Of a DNA stretch of 32,000 nucleotides, positions 9,111-18,046 are shown in pieces. Below the pieces are notes generated by a model. The model had not been told where the DNA came from. It saw only the letters and a program-made list of their open reading frames with translations, and did no database searches. Where the stretch lies: NCBI RefSeq assembly GCF_964059055.1, contig NZ_OZ060386.1, positions 120,001-152,000 on the forward strand, in the 5' to 3' direction. This DNA is from Buchnera aphidicola (Neophyllaphis podocarpi) (GTDB lineage: Bacteria > Pseudomonadota > Gammaproteobacteria > Enterobacterales > Enterobacteriaceae). A program made the position numbers and the translations under genes. Position 1 is the first letter of the stretch; each line of letters starts with the position of its first letter.

Positions 9111-9916
9111 ATAAATTTAAATATAAATATCATAATATTAAAAAAAAATTAGGTCAGCATTTTATTAGAAATAGAATTATTATTAATCAAATTATTGATG
9201 TCATACAACCTAAATTAGAAGATCAAATGATAGAAATTGGTCCAGGTTTAGGATCATTAACAGAACCTCTTTGTAAAATATTAAAAAAATTAATAGTAAT
9301 TGAAATTGATGATGATTTGTCTGATTATTTAAATAATGTTTATTATAAAAAAAAATTAATAATTTATATACAAGATGTTTTAGATTTTAATTTTTCTACA
9401 ATTTTTACAAATAAATTAATTAGAATATTTGGAAACATTCCTTATAACATTTCTACAAATTTAATTTTTCATATACTTGATTTTATTGATATAATATATG
9501 ATATACATTTTATGTTACAGAAAGAATTATTTGAACGTTTAGTAGCATTACCAGGTAGTAAAAAATACGGAATGCTAAGTGTAATATTTCAGTATTATTT
9601 TGATATTAAAGCTATGATATATGTTTCTGCTAAAGATTTTTTTCCTATTCCTAAAATAGATTCTGTTTTTACTAGGTTTATTCCTCATAAATCTCCGTTA
9701 ATAAATGTTTCTTGTTTTAATACATTAAGAAAAGTTTTATTTTTATCATTTAATAATAGAAGAAAAATTTTGAAAAATAGTTTAAAATCAATATTTTCTG
9801 AAACAGAACTTTTAAAATTAGGTATATCTGCGACATTAAGGGCAGAAAATATCACTATTGCTCAATATTGTATTTTATCTAATTTTCTTTTCCATAAAAA
9901 TAATTTTAAAATTTAA
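9107..9916 (+). CDS. rsmA: 16S rRNA (adenine1518/1519-N6)-dimethyltransferase
   Basis: 269-aa ORF. Motifs LGQHF..., EIGPGLG.LTEPL, FGN.PYNIST.L.FH, HFMLQKE...RL.A.PG.K.YG.LSV..QYY, LRAENI..AQYC match E. coli KsgA/RsmA. Its start overlaps the pdxA stop as ATGA. Confidence 0.92.
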   Translation: MNKFKYKYHNIKKKLGQHFIRNRIIINQIIDVIQPKLEDQMIEIGPGLGSLTEPLCKILKKLIVIEIDDDLSDYLNNVYYKKKLIIYIQDVLDFNFSTIFTNKLIRIFGNIPYNISTNLIFHILDFIDIIYDIHFMLQKELFERLVALPGSKKYGMLSVIFQYYFDIKAMIYVSAKDFFPIPKIDSVFTRFIPHKSPLINVSCFNTLRKVLFLSFNNRRKILKNSLKSIFSETELLKLGISATLRAENITIAQYCILSNFLFHKNNFKI

Positions 9917-10009
9917 TAATAATTAATTTTTTAGTGGTATTTTACTTTTTATTATTATAAAATATTTATAATAATTAAATTATTATATAATTTTTAAAAA
10001 TATCTTTGT

Positions 10010-10831
10010 ATGAGTACATATATAGTAGGAGATATTCATGGTTGTTACAAAGAATTAAGGTTATTATTAAATAAAGCTAATTTTAATTTTCAAAAAGATT
10101 ACTTGTGGATTACTGGAGATTTAGTTTTTAAAGGACCTGATTCTTTAAAAGTATTAAAATATATTTATTCTTTTAAAAATAAAGTTAGAATAGTTTTAGG
10201 TAACCATGATATAAATTTAATATCTATGTATTTTAATATTTATAATAAAAATAATTGTACAAATGAGTTATTATATAATCTATTGAATTATTCGGATCAT
10301 AGAATATTAATAGATTGGTTAAGGTTTCAACCTTTGTTACAGGTAGATCATAATTTGAAGATAGTTATGTCTCATGCTGGAATTTTTCCAAAATGGAGTT
10401 TAATTGACGTTCAATTTTATGCTAATGAAGTAGAAAAAATATTAAGAAGTAAACACTTTAAATATTTTCTTAAAAGACTTTGGGGTAATTTTCCTAATAA
10501 ATGGAATATAAATCTTAAGGGAGTAAAAAGATTTAGATTTATTGTCAATTCTCTTACTAGAATGAGATATTGTTTTTCTAATTTTTATTTAGATATGCAA
10601 TATAAATCATTTCCTTGTAATTTTAGTTCTTATTTAAAACCCTGGTTTGATTTTGATAGTAAGATAACCAAAAATAATTATATTATTTTTTTTGGTCACT
10701 GGTCATCTTTAAAAGGACATTGTACTCCTCCTAAAGTAATAGCATTAGATACAGGTTGCTGTTGGGGGGGATATTTAACAATGGTAAGAGTTGAAGATTT
10801 TACTTATTTTTATCAACCTAGAATATTATAA
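10010..10831 (+). CDS. apaH: Bis(5'-nucleosyl)-tetraphosphatase, symmetrical (ApaH)
   Basis: 273-aa ORF. Metallophosphatase motifs MSTYIVGDIHGCY.EL, GDLV.KGPDS, LGNHD, plus FGHW and LDTGCCWGG.LT as in E. coli ApaH. It lies downstream of rsmA as in E. coli, but with no apaG between them. Confidence 0.9.
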   Translation: MSTYIVGDIHGCYKELRLLLNKANFNFQKDYLWITGDLVFKGPDSLKVLKYIYSFKNKVRIVLGNHDINLISMYFNIYNKNNCTNELLYNLLNYSDHRILIDWLRFQPLLQVDHNLKIVMSHAGIFPKWSLIDVQFYANEVEKILRSKHFKYFLKRLWGNFPNKWNINLKGVKRFRFIVNSLTRMRYCFSNFYLDMQYKSFPCNFSSYLKPWFDFDSKITKNNYIIFFGHWSSLKGHCTPPKVIALDTGCCWGGYLTMVRVEDFTYFYQPRIL

Positions 10832-10856
10832 ATAACTTATTTTTAATAAAAAATAG

Positions 10857-11363
10857 TTATATTCTTTCAATAATTTCAAAACTATAATCATAAATATTAA
10901 TTTTATCTGCTTTATAATTTTCTATAAATGTTCTTTTCCATTTTTTTTTATTATAGTATGGAAAATATGTATCTCCTCCTAAAATTATTGTTTTTATATG
11001 TGTTAAATACATTTTTGTAACATATTTAATTGTTTTTTTATATATCTTACCACCACCTATAATCATAATTTCTTTTTCTTTATTATAAAATTTATTATTT
11101 TGAGCTTTTTTTATAGCTTTATGTATAGAATTTGTAAAAAATATGTTTTTTTTATTTTCTTTTTTTGTATTACTTATAACTATATTAAATCTTTTTTCTA
11201 ATGGTTTTTCATTTATAGACTTCCATGTGTTATATCCCATAATTATATTTTTATAAATTGTATGTTTTTTAAACCATTTTAAATCACCTGGAATATTCCA
11301 GGGTAATTTGTTTTTAATTCCTAAGGTTAATTTTTTATCTATTGCAGCAATAATACTTAACAT
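10857..11363 (-). CDS. folA: Dihydrofolate reductase
   Basis: 168-aa [14 protein letters not shown]...LPWNIPGDLKWFKKHT...IIMGYNTW.SI matches E. coli FolA MISLIAALAVD..MPWNLPADLAWFKRNT..VIMGRHTWESI. Also IMIIGGGKIY, MYLTHI, and a FEIIER C-terminus. Confidence 0.92.
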   Translation of the reverse strand: MLSIIAAIDKKLTLGIKNKLPWNIPGDLKWFKKHTIYKNIIMGYNTWKSINEKPLEKRFNIVISNTKKENKKNIFFTNSIHKAIKKAQNNKFYNKEKEIMIIGGGKIYKKTIKYVTKMYLTHIKTIILGGDTYFPYYNKKKWKRTFIENYKADKINIYDYSFEIIERI

Positions 11364-14300
11364 TATATTTTTATCTTTTTGTGAATTTCTTGTATAGCAT
11401 AAATTTTATTAGATTTTATATATTTTAAAGCTTTAATAGTAGCAAATGCTCCATTTAATGTTGTATCATAATGTACTTTATATTTTAAAGCAGAACTACA
11501 AATTAATTTTGAATTTTTAATTTCTTGATTATTAGATATTGTATGTAAAATATATACATATTCTCCATTTTTTAATAAATCATGAATATTAGGTCTTCCT
11601 TCATCTATTTCATTAATAACTCTTGTTTTTATTCCTGATTTTTTTAAAATTAAAGCTGTATCTAATGTTGCATCTATTTTAAAACCTAATTTTTTTATTT
11701 TTATAGCTAATTTAGAAATTTGTTTTTGATCATTTTTTTGTACTGATAATAATACTCTTCCTGATGTTTTAATTTTTATTTGAGAACCCAATATTGTTTT
11801 TGCAAAAGCTTCTGAAAAAGTTTTTCCTATACCCATTACTTCACCTGTTGATCTCATTTCTGGTCCTAATATTGGATCTACTCCATGAAATTTATTGAAT
11901 GGTAATACTACTTCTTTTACAGAATAATAATTCAAATTAATTTCATTATTCAAATTTTGTTTTTTTAATGTTGTTCCAATCATGACTCTTGCTGCTACTT
12001 TTGCTAAAGAAATTCCTGTAGCTTTTGATACAAAAGGTATAGTACGTGCTGCTCTTGGATTTACTTCTATTAAGTAAATTTCTTTATTTTTAATTGCAAA
12101 TTGTGCATTCATTAATCCTTTAACAGATAATCTTAATGCTATTTTTTTTACTTGTTTTTTAATCTTTGTTTGTATGTTATCATTTAAAGAGTAAGCTGGT
12201 AATGAGCATGCTGAATCTCCAGAATGTATTCCTGCTGGTTCAATATGCTGCATAATTCCTCCAATTAAAACTTGTTTACCATCAGAAATTGCATCCACGT
12301 CTACTTCTATTGCTTTATCTAAAAACTTATCTAAAAATATTTGTTTTTTACTTAATGAATTTGTAAAATTTTTAAAATAATCTATTAGATCTTTATTATT
12401 ATAAGCAATTTTCATCTCTCTACCACCTAAAACATAAGATGGTCTTATCATTATAGGATATTTTATTTTTTCTGCTATTTTTAATGCTTGTTTTATATTT
12501 TCTACTGTAGCATTATCTGGTTGTTTTAATTTTAGTTCTTTTACTATTTTTTGAAAACTATCACGATTTTCTGCAAGATCTATAGAATCTGGACTTGTTC
12601 CTATTATAGGAACTCCTTCTTTTTTAAGACTTTTAGCTAATTTTAAAGGAGTTTGTCCTCCATATTGAACAATAACGCCTGTTGGTTTTTCTATTCTAAC
12701 TATTTCTAATATGTCTTCTAATGTTACAGGTTCAAAATATAAACGATCAGAAATATCATAATCTGTTGATACTGTTTCGGGATTACAATTGATAATTATT
12801 GTTTCAAAACCATCTTTTTTTAATGCTATTGCTGCATGAACACAACAATAATCAAATTCTATCCCTTGTCCTATTCTATTAGGACCTCCTCCCAAAATTA
12901 TTATTTTTTTCTTGTTATTATTTGGTTTAGACTCACACTCTTCTTCCCAAGAAGAGTACATATATGCTGTATTAGTACTAAATTCTGCAGCACATGTATC
13001 AACTCTTTTATATACTGGGTGTAATTTATAATTATATCTAATTTTTCTGATTTCTTTTTCTGTTTTTTGTGTTAATTCAGCTATTCTTGCATCAGAAAAA
13101 CCCATTTTTTTTATTTTTAGTAGAAATTTATATTCTATTTTATTTTTTCCTAAATTAATTATTTCTTCTTCTATTTTTATAATTTTTTTAATTTGAGTTA
13201 AAAACCATTTATCAATACATGTTAATGAAAATATATTATCCATGCATAATCCAAATCTAAATGCTTCTGCTATATACCATAAACGATCATAACCAGCAGA
13301 TTTTAACTCATGTTTAATTTTTTTTATTGCTTCTTTATAACTTAAATTTTTAATTTTAGGATTAAATCCTGAAGATCCTATTTCTAATCCTCTTATAGCT
13401 TTTTGTATTGCTTCAGGAAAAGTTCTTCCTATAGACATTACTTCTCCTACAGATTTCATTTGTGTTGTCAATCTATCATTGCATCCTATAAATTTTTCAA
13501 AATTAAATCTTGGAATTTTTACTACTATATAATCAATAGTTGGTTCAAATGATGCTGTTATTTTATTATTTGTGATATCATTTGTTAGTTCATCCAAAGT
13601 ATATCCTACTGCTAATTTTGCAGCTATTTTAGCTATAGGAAATCCTGTTGCTTTAGAAGCTAACGCAGATGATCTAGAAACTCTAGGATTCATTTCAATT
13701 ACAATAATTCTTCCATTTACGGGGTTAATTGCAAATTGTACGTTTGATCCTCCAGTTTCTACTCCAATTTCTTTTATTACTTTCATAGAAGCTGATCTCA
13801 TTATCTGATATTCTTTATCAGTTAATGTTTGAGATGGAGCTACTGTTATAGAATCTCCTGTATGTATTCCCATAGGATCTATATTTTCAATAGAACAAAT
13901 TACTATGCAGTTATCATTTTTATCTCTTACTAATTCCATTTCATATTCTTTCCAGCCAATTAAAGACTCATCTATTAAAAGTTCTTTATTTGGAGATAAG
14001 TCTAATCCTTGTTCGCAAATTTCTTTAAATTCTTCATAATTATATGCTATACCTCCGCCGCTACCTCCCATTGTAAATGAAGGTCTTATAATACAAGGAA
14101 AACCTATTGATTTTGCTATTTTAATTGATTTTTGCATATTGTTAGCAATGCCACATTTTGCAGTTTCTAAACCAATTTTTTTCATTGATTTTTCAAATAA
14201 TTTTCTATTTTCTGCTTTATTAATAGCATCAATTGTTGCTCCTATCATTTTAACTTTATATTTTTTTAAAATTCCTTTGTTTTCTAATTCAAGAGCGCAA

Positions 14301-14590
14301 TTTAAAGCTATTTGTCCTCCCATAGTTGGAAGTAAAGCATCCGGTTTTTCTTTTTTTATAATATTTGATATTATTTCGAATGTGATTGGTTCTATATAAG
14401 TTACATCCGCCATATCTGGATCGGTCATAATAGTTGCAGGATTAGAATTTACAAGTATTATTTTATATCCCTCATTTTTTAAAGCTTTGCATGCTTGAGC
14501 TCCGGAATAATCAAATTCGCATGCTTGCCCTATAATTATTGGTCCTGCACCAATAATTAAAATTGATTTTATATCATTACGTTTTGGCAT
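11363..14590 (-). CDS. carB: Carbamoyl-phosphate synthase large subunit
   Basis: 1075-aa ORF (E. coli CarB is 1073 aa) with near-continuous identity ([59 protein letters not shown]...). The duplicated ATP-grasp halves are both present. Confidence 0.98.
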   Translation of the reverse strand: MPKRNDIKSILIIGAGPIIIGQACEFDYSGAQACKALKNEGYKIILVNSNPATIMTDPDMADVTYIEPITFEIISNIIKKEKPDALLPTMGGQIALNCALELENKGILKKYKVKMIGATIDAINKAENRKLFEKSMKKIGLETAKCGIANNMQKSIKIAKSIGFPCIIRPSFTMGGSGGGIAYNYEEFKEICEQGLDLSPNKELLIDESLIGWKEYEMELVRDKNDNCIVICSIENIDPMGIHTGDSITVAPSQTLTDKEYQIMRSASMKVIKEIGVETGGSNVQFAINPVNGRIIVIEMNPRVSRSSALASKATGFPIAKIAAKLAVGYTLDELTNDITNNKITASFEPTIDYIVVKIPRFNFEKFIGCNDRLTTQMKSVGEVMSIGRTFPEAIQKAIRGLEIGSSGFNPKIKNLSYKEAIKKIKHELKSAGYDRLWYIAEAFRFGLCMDNIFSLTCIDKWFLTQIKKIIKIEEEIINLGKNKIEYKFLLKIKKMGFSDARIAELTQKTEKEIRKIRYNYKLHPVYKRVDTCAAEFSTNTAYMYSSWEEECESKPNNNKKKIIILGGGPNRIGQGIEFDYCCVHAAIALKKDGFETIIINCNPETVSTDYDISDRLYFEPVTLEDILEIVRIEKPTGVIVQYGGQTPLKLAKSLKKEGVPIIGTSPDSIDLAENRDSFQKIVKELKLKQPDNATVENIKQALKIAEKIKYPIMIRPSYVLGGREMKIAYNNKDLIDYFKNFTNSLSKKQIFLDKFLDKAIEVDVDAISDGKQVLIGGIMQHIEPAGIHSGDSACSLPAYSLNDNIQTKIKKQVKKIALRLSVKGLMNAQFAIKNKEIYLIEVNPRAARTIPFVSKATGISLAKVAARVMIGTTLKKQNLNNEINLNYYSVKEVVLPFNKFHGVDPILGPEMRSTGEVMGIGKTFSEAFAKTILGSQIKIKTSGRVLLSVQKNDQKQISKLAIKIKKLGFKIDATLDTALILKKSGIKTRVINEIDEGRPNIHDLLKNGEYVYILHTISNNQEIKNSKLICSSALKYKVHYDTTLNGAFATIKALKYIKSNKIYAIQEIHKKIKI

Positions 14591-15733
14591 CTATTTCTCA
14601 AATTTTAGTTTTTTATTTATGTTTTTAGTTTTATAATTTTTCATTAATTTAATAAAATAATCAAATAAAAATATTGCGTCATTTGGTCCGGGGCTAGCTT
14701 CAGGATGACCTTGAAATCCAAATGCTGGTTTATCTTTTCTGTGTATTCCTTGTATACTTCCATCAAATAATGATTTATGTGTTATTTCTATATTTTTTGG
14801 TATATTTATGTCTTCTACAGTAAAACTATGATTTTGTGATGTAATTATCACTTTATTATTTTTTACATCAATTACTGGATGATTTCCTCCATGATGACCA
14901 AATTTCATTTTTTTAGTTTTAGCTCCACTAGCTAAAGCTAATAATTGATGTCCTAAACATATTCCAAAAATAGGTATTTCATATTCTAGTAATTTTTTAA
15001 TTGTATTGATTATATAAGTGCATGGTTTAGGATCCCCAGGTCCGTTAGATAAAAAAATACCATCAGGAATTAAATTTATTATTTTTTCAGCTGAAGTTTT
15101 AGCTGGTGTAATTATTAAATTACAGCCTTTTTTCTCTAAAATTTTTAAAATATTTTTTTTTATTCCATAATCACATACTATAACTTTAAAATTTTCTTTT
15201 TTATTTAATTCTATATTTTTATTCCATTGATATATTTTGTTAGTAGTTACTTCTTTAACTAAATCTTTACCTTTTATTCCTTTAAAATTTTTAGCTTTTT
15301 CGTATGCTAATATTGTTTCAGGTTTATCACCTGCTATAATACAACCATTTTTTGTGCCTTTATCTCTCAATAATCTAGTCAATTTTCTTGTATCTATATC
15401 TGAAATTGCTAAAATTTTATTTGCTATTAAATAATCTTTTAAATTCCGAGTACTCCTATAATTACTATCAATATTTGACATATTTCTTATTATTAATCCT
15501 CTTGCATATATTTTATTAGATTCTACATCTTCTTCGTTTGTTCCTACATTACCTATGTGAGGATAAGTCAATGTTATAATTTGATGAGAATATGAAGGAT
15601 CTGTAATAATTTCTTGATAACCTGTCATAGAAGTATTAAAAACAACTTCGCCTACAGTCCATCCTTCTATTCCAACAGATTTACCATAAAATAAAGTTCC
15701 GTCTTCTAGAACTAATACAGCGGATGTACTCAT
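14591..15733 (-). CDS. carA: Carbamoyl-phosphate synthase small (glutaminase) subunit
   Basis: 380-aa [15 protein letters not shown]...[38 protein letters not shown]. Catalytic region [30 protein letters not shown] and [20 protein letters not shown] 7 nt upstream. Confidence 0.98.
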   Translation of the reverse strand: MSTSAVLVLEDGTLFYGKSVGIEGWTVGEVVFNTSMTGYQEIITDPSYSHQIITLTYPHIGNVGTNEEDVESNKIYARGLIIRNMSNIDSNYRSTRNLKDYLIANKILAISDIDTRKLTRLLRDKGTKNGCIIAGDKPETILAYEKAKNFKGIKGKDLVKEVTTNKIYQWNKNIELNKKENFKVIVCDYGIKKNILKILEKKGCNLIITPAKTSAEKIINLIPDGIFLSNGPGDPKPCTYIINTIKKLLEYEIPIFGICLGHQLLALASGAKTKKMKFGHHGGNHPVIDVKNNKVIITSQNHSFTVEDINIPKNIEITHKSLFDGSIQGIHRKDKPAFGFQGHPEASPGPNDAIFLFDYFIKLMKNYKTKNINKKLKFEK

Positions 15734-15836
15734 AGATTCTCCAAATGAACATTATTTCATTATATTTTTTGTTTTTAATTTATTGATTTTAACTTTGTAA
15801 ATAAATTTTTATATTTAAAAATTTTGTATTATTTTA

Positions 15837-16598
15837 TTATGATTTAATCATGTCATTCATGTTAAATAATCCTTTTTGTTTTTTTAATAACCATATAGCT
15901 GCTTCTATTGCTCCTTTTGCAAAAATATTTCTGTTATGAGCTTTATGTATAATTTCAATCGTCTCATTATTATCAATAAACATAATTTTATGTTCTCCTA
16001 TAATATTTCCTGCTCTTATAGAATAACATTTAACTTTATTTTTTTTATGTTTTAAATTTTTTGATATTATTTCTTCCATGGATAGAGCTGTACCTGAAGG
16101 TGAATCAATTTTACTTTTATGATGAGATTCTATAATTTGTATATCTATATTAGGATTAGAATTTTTTGAAACTTGTTTTAATAAATTCATAACAATATTT
16201 ATTCCAATACTAAAATTAGAAGCGTAAAATATTCCTATTTCTTTTGAATATTTTTTTATTGTTTTTTTTTCTTCTAATTTTAGTCCTGTTGTTCCTATTA
16301 CTATTTTTTTATTGTATTTTTTACATAATTTTAAATGATTCATAGTACATTCAGGAGTACTAAACTCTATTAAAACGTCAAAATTATTTATTTCTTTTTC
16401 TATTGAATCAGTTACATTGATTTCTGTGTTTTTAGCATTATCAATTTTATTGATATCAATTTTTGTATCTTTAGATTTTTTTTTAACTATAGCTGTGCTT
16501 AGTATTATGTCATTTCTATTTATTATTTCTTTTGAAATTATTTTACCCATTTTTCCTAATGCTCCAGATACTGCAATTCTAATATTTTTTTTACTCAT
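15837..16598 (-). CDS. dapB: 4-hydroxy-tetrahydrodipicolinate reductase
   Basis: 253-aa ORF. IRIAVSGALGKMGK (NAD(P)-binding), VIGTTG, ASNFSIG.N, IIESHH..K.DSPSGTAL, RAG.I.GEH...F, IIHKA..R..FA.GA..AA.WL....GLF.M.D match E. coli DapB. It is about 20 aa shorter than the 273-aa E. coli protein. Confidence 0.9.
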   Translation of the reverse strand: MSKKNIRIAVSGALGKMGKIISKEIINRNDIILSTAIVKKKSKDTKIDINKIDNAKNTEINVTDSIEKEINNFDVLIEFSTPECTMNHLKLCKKYNKKIVIGTTGLKLEEKKTIKKYSKEIGIFYASNFSIGINIVMNLLKQVSKNSNPNIDIQIIESHHKSKIDSPSGTALSMEEIISKNLKHKKNKVKCYSIRAGNIIGEHKIMFIDNNETIEIIHKAHNRNIFAKGAIEAAIWLLKKQKGLFNMNDMIKS

Positions 16599-16622
16599 AT
16601 AATTAATCCTTTTAATATCATA

Positions 16623-17570
16623 TTAAATTGTTAAATTTACTAAATCTATTTTTTTTGGAATTTTAAATGAAATTTCTTCTTTTTTTCCATATATTTCTTT
16701 AATATCTTTAATTCCGAAAGTGAGTAATTTTTTAATAACTTGATTTACTAAAATTTCTGGAGTAGATGCTCCTGATGTTATTCCTATTTTTTTTATATTT
16801 TTAAACCATGATTTTTTTACATCTTTTTCATTATCAACTAATTTTACATTATTACCTAAATTATGTACTATCTCAGCAAGTCTATTTGCATTAGAGGAAT
16901 TTCTTGATCCTATAACTATTACTATATCTGTTTTTTTTGATAAAATTTTTACAGCTTTTTGTCTGTTAGTTGTTGCATAACATATATCGTTTTTATTAGA
17001 GTTTTTTATTTCTGGGTATTTTTTTTTTAGTTTTTTAACTATATAATTTGTATTTTCTACTGATAACGTTGTTTGTGTAACAAATTTTAAATTTTGTTCA
17101 TTTTTTACTTTTAATTTTTTTATATCTTTTGTTGTTTGTATCAAATAAATTCCAGCATTATTATTTGTGTATTGTCCCATAGTTCCTATAACTTCTGGAT
17201 GTCCACTATGTCCTATTAATATGACTTCTTTTCCTTTTTTACTTGCCTGAATTACTTTAGAGTGAATTTTTAAGACTAGAGGACACGTTGCATCAAATAT
17301 CTTTAGATTTTTTATTTTTGCTTCTTTTTTGTCTTTTTTTGAAACTCCATGAGCTGAAAATATTATTATTTCTCCTTGCGGTACATTTGATATTTTTTCT
17401 ACAAAGATTACTCCTTTCTGTTTTAGTTTATTTACTATAAATTTATTATGTACAATTTCATGTTTAATATATATTTTTTTTTTGTATTTATTAATTAATT
17501 TATTAACTATATCAATTGCTCTTATTACTCCTGCACATAACCCTCTAGGATTAGCTAATATTATTTGCAT
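16623..17570 (-). CDS. ispH: 4-hydroxy-3-methylbut-2-enyl diphosphate reductase
   Basis: 315-aa ORF. MQIILANPRG.CAGV.RAI, HEIVHN, SAHGVS, DATCPLV.K.H, GH.GHPEV.GT.GQ, QTTLS, and ICYAT.NRQ.AV carrying the three cluster cysteines. Confidence 0.94.
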   Translation of the reverse strand: MQIILANPRGLCAGVIRAIDIVNKLINKYKKKIYIKHEIVHNKFIVNKLKQKGVIFVEKISNVPQGEIIIFSAHGVSKKDKKEAKIKNLKIFDATCPLVLKIHSKVIQASKKGKEVILIGHSGHPEVIGTMGQYTNNNAGIYLIQTTKDIKKLKVKNEQNLKFVTQTTLSVENTNYIVKKLKKKYPEIKNSNKNDICYATTNRQKAVKILSKKTDIVIVIGSRNSSNANRLAEIVHNLGNNVKLVDNEKDVKKSWFKNIKKIGITSGASTPEILVNQVIKKLLTFGIKDIKEIYGKKEEISFKIPKKIDLVNLTI

Positions 17571-17572
17571 AG

Positions 17573-18046
17573 TTATTTAAATTCTCTTTCTTTTTTTAAA
17601 AGCAAATTAATAATTTTTATTATAGTACCCGTAAAAATAAATAAATCTGCTAAATTAAATATAGGAATATGTAACTGATATATGTGCAAATCTATAAAAT
17701 CAATTATAAATCCATGAATTATTCTATCTAATATATTTCCTATAATTCCTCCAACAATTATTGAAAAACATATATCAAAAATAAAAATTATTTTAATTGT
17801 TTTAATAAATATTATTAAATAAAATACCAAAAAAAATATATAATAAAAATTATTTTTATAATTTAATAATCCTAAAGATATTCCATAATTATGTAAATAT
17901 TTTATATTAATAAACTTATTAATATAAAATATTTGATTTTGGTGAAAATTATTGAATATAATGTTTTTAACTATATAATCTATAGTAGAAATACTTACTA
18001 TAATTAATATATAATATATATTTTTATATAAACTGACGATTTTCAC
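17573..18046 (-). CDS. lspA: Lipoprotein signal peptidase (signal peptidase II)
   Basis: 157-aa four-helix membrane ORF directly after ileS as in E. coli. Catalytic-Asp motifs GNILDR and FNLAD, plus the HNYG block, align with E. coli LspA (GNLFDR, FNLAD, RNYG). The start overlaps the ileS 3' end by 23 nt. Confidence 0.82.
   Translation of the reverse strand: MKIVSLYKNIYYILIIVSISTIDYIVKNIIFNNFHQNQIFYINKFINIKYLHNYGISLGLLNYKNNFYYIFFLVFYLIIFIKTIKIIFIFDICFSIIVGGIIGNILDRIIHGFIIDFIDLHIYQLHIPIFNLADLFIFTGTIIKIINLLLKKEREFK

Noticed and set aside
9917-10009. The rsmA-apaH spacer, examined for an apaG remnant.
   Set aside because: It is only 93 bp of near-pure AT. Nothing in it translates to anything recognisable, and it is too short to call a pseudogene.
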